The notes: generated from the letters alone by a model not told the origin. 64,000 nucleotides of DNA from Clostridia bacterium (GCA_017457305.1 JAFTHP010000014.1:17066-81065); one strand, 5' to 3'. Positions 26,923-34,479 are shown, counted from the first letter of the stretch. Numbers and translations are program-made.

Positions 26923-28122
26923 ATGAAACTTACAAAAATTTTATCTCTATGCTTGGTAGCAGTTCTACTTGTTGGAGCATTTGCTCTTGTAGGATGCGAA
27001 GAAAAGAAAGAACAAAAGGTTATGACAATGTCCCTAAACCCCGAAATCGAAGTTATTTTGGACGAAGAAGGCAAGGTTGTTACCGTTAACGCACTCAACG
27101 AAGAAGGAAACCTTATCATCAGCTCACAAGCCTTTGTAAACGTACAAGGTAAAACCGCCGAAGAAGTTGCTGAACTATTTATGCAAGTATCCGCTGAAAA
27201 TGGTTTCTTGGTAAAAGGACGCGTTGGAACAGGCGAAAACCAAGTTGAAATTACAATTTCTGGTGACTTGAGCGCTTCAAAGGAACTTTTTGATGACGTT
27301 AAAGCTACAGTTGACACATACCTAAGTGAAGAAAACATCACAGCTACTCTCACACAAGTGGAAGTTGCAATTGAAGAACAAGTGGCAAACCTCAAGGCTG
27401 AACTTGCCAAGTGCCAACCATACCTTGAAACAGCCGAAATGCAATACGATCAACTTGTTGCAGAACTAACCGCTAGCCGCAAGGAAACAGCAGAAATGTA
27501 CTCTCAAGAGCTTAAAAATGCTTACTACGAAGCAAAGGAATTTGCTTTGGAAAAGGCTAAATTGCAAGCAGTTAGCGACAGTCTTGATACTATCACAAAG
27601 ATGGCTTTTGATGCAGCTACAAAAATCTACGTTGGCGTAATTGACGCTTTGGAACAAGCTCGTTTGACATACCTTGTAAACGAAGACAGTATCTACCAAA
27701 AGGCTCTTGCGGATTTTAGAACACGCAAGGTTGCTTACCTAAATTACCGTAACGAAATTGCTGCTAAGTCCGAAGAAGAAGTTACAGCAGAAGAACAAGC
27801 ATTTTTGGATAATTTGAAGACCGCTTTGGACTCTGCCGAACAAGCTTTGATCAATGCTGGTGTTACAGCTAACCAAGCAATCGACCAAGCAAAGGCTGCA
27901 GTAGAAGGTGCTTACACAACATTTACAACAGCCTTGAACAGCATGCATATCGAAATGAGCAACTATGTTGACCAAATTGCTCAAAAGCAAACAGACACAA
28001 TCAACAATTTCTGCACAGAATTCGAAACAAAATACTCCGAAGCAATTTCAGCAGCTAAAAACAACTGGAACCAAATGGACAGCGAACTCAATGCTCCAAC
28101 AGGAGAGGACTCTGCTCAATAA
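26923..28122 (+). CDS. Lipoprotein with an N-terminal domain paralogous to the anti-sigma ectodomain and a coiled-coil C-terminus
   Basis: ORF trimmed to MKLTKILSLCLVAVLLVGAFALVGC (lipobox LVGC, GGAGG RBS). MSLNPEIEVILDEEGKVVTVNALNEEGNLI aligns with the anti-sigma segment EINPSVAFSVDKNGVVTKVVANNADADIVL. Confidence 0.75.
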   Translation: MKLTKILSLCLVAVLLVGAFALVGCEEKKEQKVMTMSLNPEIEVILDEEGKVVTVNALNEEGNLIISSQAFVNVQGKTAEEVAELFMQVSAENGFLVKGRVGTGENQVEITISGDLSASKELFDDVKATVDTYLSEENITATLTQVEVAIEEQVANLKAELAKCQPYLETAEMQYDQLVAELTASRKETAEMYSQELKNAYYEAKEFALEKAKLQAVSDSLDTITKMAFDAATKIYVGVIDALEQARLTYLVNEDSIYQKALADFRTRKVAYLNYRNEIAAKSEEEVTAEEQAFLDNLKTALDSAEQALINAGVTANQAIDQAKAAVEGAYTTFTTALNSMHIEMSNYVDQIAQKQTDTINNFCTEFETKYSEAISAAKNNWNQMDSELNAPTGEDSAQ

Positions 28123-28199
28123 TTGCCAGTAGGATACACGCAATATCAACATTGGCGGTAAGCTGGTGACGGATATATCTCTCTATATTTCGTAAAAAA

Positions 28200-28236
28200 G
28201 AAAAGGATGGTTTTGATGCCGTCCTTTCTTTTTTTT
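28200..28236 (+). terminator. Terminator after the lipoprotein gene
   Basis: Stem AAAGGATGG/CCGTCCTTT followed by TTTTTTTT. Confidence 0.7.
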
Positions 28237-28329
28237 GTTATCAAAATATATTTTGTGCTGGTTTAGCTTGGACAAAATCATCGTTGTATGGTAAAATGGC
28301 TGTAACAATTTATCAATTAAGAGGATAAT

Positions 28330-30285
28330 ATGAAAAGATTTTTACTGTTGTTTTTGTGTATTGTAATGCTTGCAACAATGGTGGGATGTAACCAAAATCA
28401 CGTTTGCGGCAACAAATGTGGAACTTGTGGCAAGTGTACTTATGTAGGCTGTACCGAATCCGTTTGTGCAGACAAGTGTCCAGGACACTCTCCCGCCCAC
28501 ACCTGCGTAAGCGTATGTGACACCTGTGGCAAATGTACAAATGCAAGCTGCACAGAAAGTGTTTGTTCAAGTAAATGCCCAGGACATGCACCGGAACATC
28601 AGTGCACCAGCATCTGTGGAACTTGTGGCAAGTGCATGGACACAGAGTGCACCGAAAGCGCTTGCTCTAGTAAATGTTTGGGGCATGTTGTGGAGCACGC
28701 ATGCTACAATCAATGTGGTGTTTGTGGCAAATGTACTAACAGTCAATGTACCGAAGATGTTTGCCAACAAAAGTGTCCAGGACACGTAAGCGCCAACACG
28801 TTTTTCTTCAATTACAGTATGGATAACGCAAATGCGGATTTCTACGAAGACTTTAGTGAAGAAGAAAAGCAGTTGTATTTCTCTCTTTGGGAGCCAACAA
28901 CATCCATTTCCATCAAGATGGATATTTCTCCTTACGAACTAGCAAAGATTAGCGAAGGCTTCAAAGAGTACTCTCACAACTCTACCAAGGCAGATACCTA
29001 TCGTAAATGCAATCTTACAATTACTGTAAACGGCATCGACTACTATTACGAAGAAGTAGGCGTACGTATGCGTGGTAACACTTCTCGTAGAGAATTTACC
29101 AACGATCAAGGGGAAATGTACGCTTACGTACACTTCAGATTTGACCTTTCCGAAACATTTGACGGCGAAGAATATGCCGAAGGTGCTTGGGGGAACGATA
29201 TTTATCACGATTGGAGCAACGACGAAGCAGGTCGTGAACAACGTAAAGATAGAACATTTGCCACAATGGAAAAGTTCTACTACAAGTGGAACAAAAACTA
29301 CGACAACACATATATCAGAGAAGTGTATGCAAACAAAATGTTCCAAGCATATGGCATTTTGGCTCCACATATCACTTTGACACAACTTTCAGTAACACAT
29401 AAAGGACAAATGGAAAACCTTGGCGTTGGTGGATTGTATGAAGTTATTGACAAAAACTTTATCAAGCGCTACCTAGACAAGGAAAACAAGGGTGGAGATT
29501 TGTACAAGTGTACTTACACAATTGGCAAAGCCGATTTGGTGGACGTTGCAGGCAAATACGGTATCGAAACAGCAACACAAAGATACACCTACGACCTCAA
29601 AACAAATAACGATCGCGAAGATCCCGATTATCACCACAATGCCCACCTCAAGGCACTAGCAAATATGCTTGCAACCAACAAGAACGACAGTCAATTTGTT
29701 ACAAATCTAGAAGCGCTTGTGGATATGGACTACTTTGCTCGTTTCGAAGCAGTCAATTACCTACTGGGCAATCCCGACTGTATCCGTAACAATGCAAACA
29801 ACTACTATTTGTACTTTACTCCCGATTGCAAGGCAATTTTCATCCCTTACGACTATGATCGTTGTTTGGGTATCAACATGGATTGGAACCCATCGGGCGA
29901 CGGAATGATTTCTGCAACACCATATACAACCAACAATCCAAATGGTGGCGTATCCAACCCATTGTACCTAAAAACAATCTTGTCTGGTGGAATTAGCAAG
30001 TACCAAAATATGTACAAGCAAAGATTGCAAGAAGTGTTAGATGGTAATTGGTTTACTTATGACCATTTTGTAACTTACTACAATCGTTACAGTTCCATAT
30101 ATAGTTCCGTTGCAAAGCCATCTCAAGCCATCATTGATGCTTGCGGACACAATGTTGATATGAGCAGATTGTACTTCTCATTGGATGGATCAAGAAACTT
30201 TTCTTCTACCAATGAAAATATTTCTACAAAGGACTATATGCAAGGCAAACGTCAAACTGCACTAAACAACATTAACAATATTTAG
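28330..30285 (+). CDS. Lipoprotein: four Cys-rich repeats fused to a CotH-family (atypical protein kinase) domain
   Basis: 651 aa. Lipobox MVGC. Residues 24-155 are 4 x 33-aa repeats. The remainder carries CotH-like blocks (VGVRMRGNTSR, YIREVYANKMFQAYGILAPH, NNYYLYF, IPYDYDRCLG). Confidence 0.8.
   Translation: MKRFLLLFLCIVMLATMVGCNQNHVCGNKCGTCGKCTYVGCTESVCADKCPGHSPAHTCVSVCDTCGKCTNASCTESVCSSKCPGHAPEHQCTSICGTCGKCMDTECTESACSSKCLGHVVEHACYNQCGVCGKCTNSQCTEDVCQQKCPGHVSANTFFFNYSMDNANADFYEDFSEEEKQLYFSLWEPTTSISIKMDISPYELAKISEGFKEYSHNSTKADTYRKCNLTITVNGIDYYYEEVGVRMRGNTSRREFTNDQGEMYAYVHFRFDLSETFDGEEYAEGAWGNDIYHDWSNDEAGREQRKDRTFATMEKFYYKWNKNYDNTYIREVYANKMFQAYGILAPHITLTQLSVTHKGQMENLGVGGLYEVIDKNFIKRYLDKENKGGDLYKCTYTIGKADLVDVAGKYGIETATQRYTYDLKTNNDREDPDYHHNAHLKALANMLATNKNDSQFVTNLEALVDMDYFARFEAVNYLLGNPDCIRNNANNYYLYFTPDCKAIFIPYDYDRCLGINMDWNPSGDGMISATPYTTNNPNGGVSNPLYLKTILSGGISKYQNMYKQRLQEVLDGNWFTYDHFVTYYNRYSSIYSSVAKPSQAIIDACGHNVDMSRLYFSLDGSRNFSSTNENISTKDYMQGKRQTALNNINNI
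28399..28794 (+). repeat. Four tandem 99-bp coding repeats (33 aa each, 7 Cys each)
   Basis: HVCGNKCGTCGKCTYVGCTESVCADKCPGHSPA / HTCVSVCDTCGKCTNASCTESVCSSKCPGHAPE / HQCTSICGTCGKCMDTECTESACSSKCLGHVVE / HACYNQCGVCGKCTNSQCTEDVCQQKCPGHVSA. Confidence 0.95.
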
Positions 30286-30390
30286 TGAAACTTATCTTGG
30301 TATTGGGTAATGGAATTGTGTATTTTTACAATTCGCTGTTTATTTCAACAAATTGTAAACAAACCATATTTAGAATAAATTGATAATAAA

Positions 30391-30425
30391 AAAAGTTGTA
30401 TCAAATACGATACAACTTTTTGTTT
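30391..30425 (+). terminator. Terminator after the CotH gene
   Basis: 11-bp stem AAAGTTGTATC/GATACAACTTT followed by TTTTGTTTT. Confidence 0.8.
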
Positions 30426-30691
30426 TACTTGGAGTATTTAAGGGTAGTTATACTAATGCAAAAATGCAGTCCAAAGTGTGCTTGCAATTTTGAATAGGGA
30501 ATTCCCTAGCGGAATAAAAACTATGGTTATGGAACAAAGTAGTCCTAGTATAAAGCAAAGCAAACCTGCTCATGCACCAAATAATAGAAAGTAAAATAGA
30601 CACAAAGCAATTCTTATTAATTTATCCGCAAATTAGCTATTAGTATACAATATTGAGTGAATTAAAGTGTAACTTGACGTGTTTAATGCTC

Positions 30692-31642
30692 TTACTGTAC
30701 TTTTCTTGCTGAAACGTATGCGCTTTCGTTTACGCTACTAGGCCCACCATATTGGCTGGCAAAGCTTCTTGTAAGGGAACGAATTTTGGATTCTATTTCG
30801 CTTCTAGCAGAATCCTTTGCATCGGACATTGCGCTACTGATTTCGCTATCTACAACGTTGCTGTTTGCGTAGGTGCTGTTGTGGTGGGAGTCCACGCCAA
30901 TGTATTGTCTAACAGCATAGCTGTTGATGTACACGGTTACCGTTGCTGTTGCTTTTACGCTAGGAGTTGAACCTTTGGAAAAGGAAAAACTTAGCGAAGT
31001 TACCTTTGCCGACTTAACAAATTTGCTGTAACCTGCATTTACGTATATGTCCGAAGCACTAAGATTGTTCATAATGTATCTCTTGTAAGCTTCGTAGTCG
31101 TAATCGGGTTCGTAGTTTGTGCTTGGTGTATAGCTAGAACTAGAGGTAGTAGAACTACTAGAGCTACTTGTGTAGGAGTTGTCGTAGTAGCTGGATGGTG
31201 TGTAACTTGACGTATAACTTGATGTGTACGAGGAAGGTGTGTAGGTAAACTCCGACTTTGGACGAATTATTCTAAATACCAACAGCGTCACGTAAATGTG
31301 GAGCGCCGCAACGGCAACTGCCGACACTATACCAAGTGCAAGGGCAACAATGGCAATAACAACACCTTTCCATCCGCCAATGGTTTTGAGTGCAGTAAAC
31401 AGTTTGAATCCAAAAAATTCATCGTGGTAGAAAAGTCTGTTTATTAGCAAAAGTACCAAGTAATGAACAAGAGCATATAGTCCAATAAATGGGCTCATCA
31501 AATAGATATTGAGTGGATCGTTTGCTTCGATGGCTTGGAAAAATCCGGAGTAAAATGCAGCATATAGCAATGCTACTAGTCCGGTAAAGGCTATCCATAC
31601 GACTATTTTTAATACGTTTAGCAAAAATCTGATAAATTTCAT
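30692..31642 (-). CDS. Polytopic membrane protein with a Ser/Thr/Tyr-rich low-complexity tract
   Basis: ORF trimmed to MKFIRFLLNVLKIVVW (AGGAAG RBS). Three or four TM segments, then TYTPSSYTSSYTSSYTPSSYYDNSYTSSSSSSTTSSSSYTPSTNYEPDYDYE, then a ~130-aa C-terminal domain. Confidence 0.7.
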   Translation of the reverse strand: MKFIRFLLNVLKIVVWIAFTGLVALLYAAFYSGFFQAIEANDPLNIYLMSPFIGLYALVHYLVLLLINRLFYHDEFFGFKLFTALKTIGGWKGVVIAIVALALGIVSAVAVAALHIYVTLLVFRIIRPKSEFTYTPSSYTSSYTSSYTPSSYYDNSYTSSSSSSTTSSSSYTPSTNYEPDYDYEAYKRYIMNNLSASDIYVNAGYSKFVKSAKVTSLSFSFSKGSTPSVKATATVTVYINSYAVRQYIGVDSHHNSTYANSNVVDSEISSAMSDAKDSARSEIESKIRSLTRSFASQYGGPSSVNESAYVSARKVQ

Positions 31643-32025
31643 TTTGTCTTCCTTTTTTTGCAATGTGTTTGCAACATATCAAGTTGTTAACGATTAATTT
31701 GATGGGGTTATATTGTGAGTATATCACACAAAAGTTAAAAAGTAAAGGGGTTGATTGTGCGAAAAATAATTAGCGTGCAGTGTGCTGTTCATCAATGAGG
31801 AAACATCCATTGACCTGTGACAATTTTTGTTAAGCTCCATTTGTCAACATATTATTAGTTATGCTTGATATGCAAACAAATACTTATTGCATTTGACCGT
31901 CAATTGTGATAAAATTAGTATTACTTTGATGGCCAATTGGAGAAAGTGCAATATTTCTATCCAGGCTATGATATATACAAGTTGAAAGAACGTTTTCTAA
32001 ACCATGCACTAAGGAGCGGCGGTAT

Positions 32026-32964
32026 ATGAAAAAACCACTAAAACTCATCCCAGTGGCAAAAGACTACATTTGGGGTGGAACAAAACTAAAAACACACTTT
32101 AATAAACAAGCTGATAGTAGTATAGTTGCGGAAACTTGGGAGCTTTCTGTTTTTGAAGGAGCGGAAAGTCGCTTACAGCAAGGTGCTTGCGATTGCAACA
32201 ACCTTGCGGAGTTAAGAGATAAACATCCCGATTGGTTTGGTGTTGCAGGTAGTGGCCATTTTCCAGTGTTGGTAAAGCTAATTGATGCAACCAACGATTT
32301 GTCCGTTCAAGTTCATCCAACGGACGACTATGCTCTGACAGTTGAAAATAGTCTTGGCAAAACGGAAATGTGGTATATTGTAGATGCCGAAGACGATGGC
32401 GCAATATATTTGGGATTTAGCAAGGACGTCACTTTGCAACAAGTAGAGCAAGCAATTAGGGAAAACAATTTGACATCATTACTGAACAAAATCCCCGTAA
32501 AAAAAGGCGATTGTTACCTTGTTCCAGCGGGAACTGTTCACGCAATTTTGCACGGAGTAACGGTGGTGGAAGTCCAGCAAAACTCTAATATAACCTACCG
32601 CTTGTATGACTACGGCAGAGTGGATGCAAACGGCGTTCCACGTCAACTACATGTGGAAAAAGCGCTAAATGTGCTACAACTGCAAGCTTTTAAGGACGCA
32701 ACTTGTACAAAACAAATTGACGCAAACAGAAAACTTCTTGCCACTTGCAAGTATTTTACCGCAACGCAAATAATGGTGGACGGCACAGTTGACCTACATA
32801 ACGACAACAGCTTTGTTGCCATTACTGTGTTCGAAGGTAACGGCTGCTTTGCAGATGGAACACAAATTTCCAAAGGGGACACTTGGTTTATCCCTTGTGG
32901 ATACTCCGCAACAATAACTGGCACACTTTCGCTTATTGAAACAACAGTTGACACTGAACAGTAA
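32026..32964 (+). CDS. manA: Mannose-6-phosphate isomerase, class I
   Basis: 312 aa. KDYIWGGTKL, LSVQVHP and GKTEMWYI motifs of the Firmicute-type PMI. Confidence 0.85.
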   Translation: MKKPLKLIPVAKDYIWGGTKLKTHFNKQADSSIVAETWELSVFEGAESRLQQGACDCNNLAELRDKHPDWFGVAGSGHFPVLVKLIDATNDLSVQVHPTDDYALTVENSLGKTEMWYIVDAEDDGAIYLGFSKDVTLQQVEQAIRENNLTSLLNKIPVKKGDCYLVPAGTVHAILHGVTVVEVQQNSNITYRLYDYGRVDANGVPRQLHVEKALNVLQLQAFKDATCTKQIDANRKLLATCKYFTATQIMVDGTVDLHNDNSFVAITVFEGNGCFADGTQISKGDTWFIPCGYSATITGTLSLIETTVDTEQ

Positions 32965-33030
32965 CTCTTGATTATCAATCATCATTGGCATTGTTTGTAC
33001 TCTTAATCGAATAATATAACAAATATACGT

Positions 33031-33115
33031 AAAACAAAAAGCAGCTCACCTTGTGTGAACTGCTTTCTTTTTATGACAAATATGGGGTAGCCAGCCGTTG
33101 CGGAAGAACAGCGAA
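33031..33115. repeat. Left copy of an ~85-bp direct repeat (terminator hairpin, tRNA 3' flank and a degenerate tRNA-Ser 3' end)
   Basis: GCAGCTCACCTTGTGTGAACTGCTTTCTTT (33041-33070) is identical to 34111-34140, and GCCAGCCGTTG (33090-33100) equals 34159-34169. The next 21 nt match the tRNA 3' end at 12 of 21 positions. Confidence 0.8.
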
Positions 33116-33206
33116 AAGGTCAAAAATCGAGGTAATTTCGAACAAAAGGCCAATTCTATTTTGAAACACACGCATTCATCTTGCAAATTGATCTGTGCAA
33201 CTTAAG

Positions 33207-33680
33207 CTACCAAGGTTTGTCCTCGCACAAATTATTCCAATAATAATTGACTTCGTGTGCAGGTATCTTCAATACGCATTCCCAGTAATATGGTTTATTA
33301 TTGAGTTCCAATTCGCACTCAATAATTCTCGAATCATAATCAATATATTGGTATAGAAATACGAGTTTGCATTTTCCGTTGTTTATGTTATTTATCAATT
33401 TTTTAATTGTCCATTCAACACGGAATATTTTTTTGAAAAGGTTTTTCTTGAAAACGTATACGGTAACGTCGTCGTCCACACCATCTTTCAATATGTACTC
33501 AACCTTGGAAAAATCTGTTTTTACAAGATTGGGCAGGTTGCTGTCGGGATGGTCGGGCGAAATCCAAAATCCGTCATGAAACTCAAACCCTAATTTGCCA
33601 TCTTCAAAATATGCTCGTTCTGCAACACAATCATGCAGGGTGAGATATTTTTCGTCTGTATTACAATGAACGAAATTCAT
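33207..33680 (-). CDS. Hypothetical cytoplasmic protein (orphan, AT-rich)
   Basis: ORF 33207..33755 trimmed to Met26 (MNFVHCNTDEKYL) because a strong promoter lies inside the longer reading frame. I recognised no motif. Confidence 0.55.
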   Translation of the reverse strand: MNFVHCNTDEKYLTLHDCVAERAYFEDGKLGFEFHDGFWISPDHPDSNLPNLVKTDFSKVEYILKDGVDDDVTVYVFKKNLFKKIFRVEWTIKKLINNINNGKCKLVFLYQYIDYDSRIIECELELNNKPYYWECVLKIPAHEVNYYWNNLCEDKPW

Positions 33681-33707
33681 GTATGATTCACCGCCTTTCT
33701 TGGTTCC

Positions 33708-33736
33708 ATTATACCACAAATCCGTGAATATTTCAA
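33708..33736 (-). promoter_or_regulatory. Promoter of the orphan gene
   Basis: Minus strand TTGAAA-N17-TATAAT with an extended -10 (TGTGGTATAAT). Confidence 0.65.
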
Positions 33737-33751
33737 TCGTTTCGTTCCAAA

Positions 33752-33938
33752 ACACGCTGTAGGCGTGTATATAATCCGCAATTTGTTGCGGTATATCATC
33801 AATTCAAAGTATTGTACATCATCAAGCAGCAGGGAAAATACAGCCTCAAGGGGGTGATGAGATACAAGGGTGGCTTGCCGCCCTTGATGATATACAACGC
33901 ACTTCGCGCGTTGATGATATACCAAGCCTGCGGCTTGG
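33752..33938. repeat. Array of five copies of a 12-bp motif (TTGATGATATAC-like; two inverted, three direct) interleaved with five short, unrelated hairpins
   Basis: Motifs at 33791-33802 and 33814-33825 (inverted) and at 33854-33865, 33884-33895 and 33911-33922 (direct). Hairpins at 33752-33768, 33776-33791, 33866-33885, 33896-33912 and 33922-33938. Confidence 0.8.
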
Positions 33939-33944
33939 ATAAAC

Positions 33945-33981
33945 AAAAAGAGAACTTTTGGTAGACAAAAGTTCTCTTTTT
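33945..33981. terminator. Bidirectional terminator hairpin next to the inner tRNA-end copy
   Basis: 11-bp stem AGAGAACTTTT/AAAAGTTCTCT (33949-33977) with flanking A- and T-runs. Confidence 0.65.
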
Positions 33982-33983
33982 GT

Positions 33984-34004
33984 TGGCGGAGGATGAGGGA
34001 TTCG
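33984..34004 (-). repeat. Exact 21-nt copy of the 3' end of tRNA-Ser(UGA)
   Basis: TGGCGGAGGATGAGGGATTCG at 33984-34004 is identical to 34168-34188. The sequences diverge inside the T-loop. Confidence 0.9.
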
Positions 34005-34096
34005 TAAGGAGTGAAGCGACGGAATAGCGCAACGAAGTGGAGCGTCACTAGTTGTTAATAATCACTTTTGCGATAACTCAGGCTGGCACACCAACA

Positions 34097-34133
34097 GAAG
34101 AAAAAGAAAAGCAGCTCACCTTGTGTGAACTGC
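34097..34133 (-). terminator. Terminator downstream of tRNA-Ser(UGA)
   Basis: Hairpin 34111-34133. Its single mismatch is a G-U wobble only in the minus-sense RNA. There is a T-run in the minus sense. Confidence 0.7.
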
Positions 34134-34167
34134 TTTCTTTTGCGACTAAAAGGGTGTCGCCAGCCGT

Positions 34168-34256
34168 TGGCGGAGGATGAGGGATTCGAACCCCCGTGGG
34201 CTTGCACCCAAACGGTTTTCAAGACCGCCTCGTTGTGACCGCTTCGATAATCCTCC
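34168..34256 (-). tRNA. tRNA-Ser (anticodon UGA), class II, encoded CCA
   Basis: Reverse complement is GGAGGATTATCGAAGCGG...GCGGT-CTTGAAA-ACCGT...GGGGGTTCGAATCCCTCATCCTCCGCCA. Acceptor pairing is GGAGGAT/ATCCTCC and there is a long variable arm. Confidence 0.9.
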
Positions 34257-34314
34257 GAATGAAACGATAGTGAAATGAAGAGGAGCTACATTGTCTCACT
34301 CATTTTGCTCAATT

Positions 34315-34343
34315 ATTATAGCAATATTGGGCGCCAGTGTCAA
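34315..34343 (-). promoter_or_regulatory. Promoter of tRNA-Ser(UGA)
   Basis: Minus strand: perfect TTGACA-N17-TATAAT. Confidence 0.7.
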
Positions 34344-34479
34344 ACTGTTTTCAACAAAAACTGTATTTTGTTGTAATTTAGTGGTTACAATTCAAAAATG
34401 GGGCTTAAAATTGTTGCTTTTTTGTCGTCTTTGATATATAATTTAAGCCGTATGTATTAGTACATAAGGAGTATAATAA

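Larger units (their letters stand above)
33031..34167. mobile_element. Candidate ~1.07-kb integrated islet at the 3' end of tRNA-Ser(UGA), with no recombinase gene
   Basis: It is bounded by the 85-bp direct repeats. It contains an AT-rich orphan gene, a motif/hairpin array and an inner exact 21-nt tRNA-end copy. It lies between housekeeping manA and the tRNA. Confidence 0.35.

Noticed and set aside
26838-27410. Other long antisense ORFs: 26838..27410, 51753..52346, 58252..58890, 62034..62672, 23514..24029 and 34531..35067.
   Set aside because: Each is fully contained in, and antisense to, a gene with strong motif evidence or a good RBS and signal peptide. None has its own start context.
30426-30691. 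The ~270-bp non-coding gap after the CotH terminator, including the perfect palindrome TAGGGAATTCCCTA (30495-30508) and a 23-codon ATG ORF.
   Set aside because: There is no RBS for the mini-ORF, no recognisable RNA motif and no promoter-like context around the palindrome. A 14-bp palindrome alone is too little to call a feature.
33854-33922. Reading the TGATGA cores of the 12-bp motif as box C elements of C/D-box-like small RNAs.
   Set aside because: No matching CTGA box D or terminal stem is present. C/D-box RNAs are not expected in Bacteria, and two copies are inverted, which fits DNA-binding sites better.
33984-34140. Plus-strand anti-tRNA small RNAs (the modules begin with 19-21 nt antisense to the tRNA 3' end and finish with a terminator).
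   Set aside because: I found no consistent promoter in front of the three loci. There is only a lone TAGAAT at 3131-3136 at the Ser(GGA) locus and nothing comparable at 33984 or 8392. The hairpin mismatch at 34111-34133 favours folding of the minus-sense RNA. The idea stays testable by RNA-seq but is not supported by sequence.
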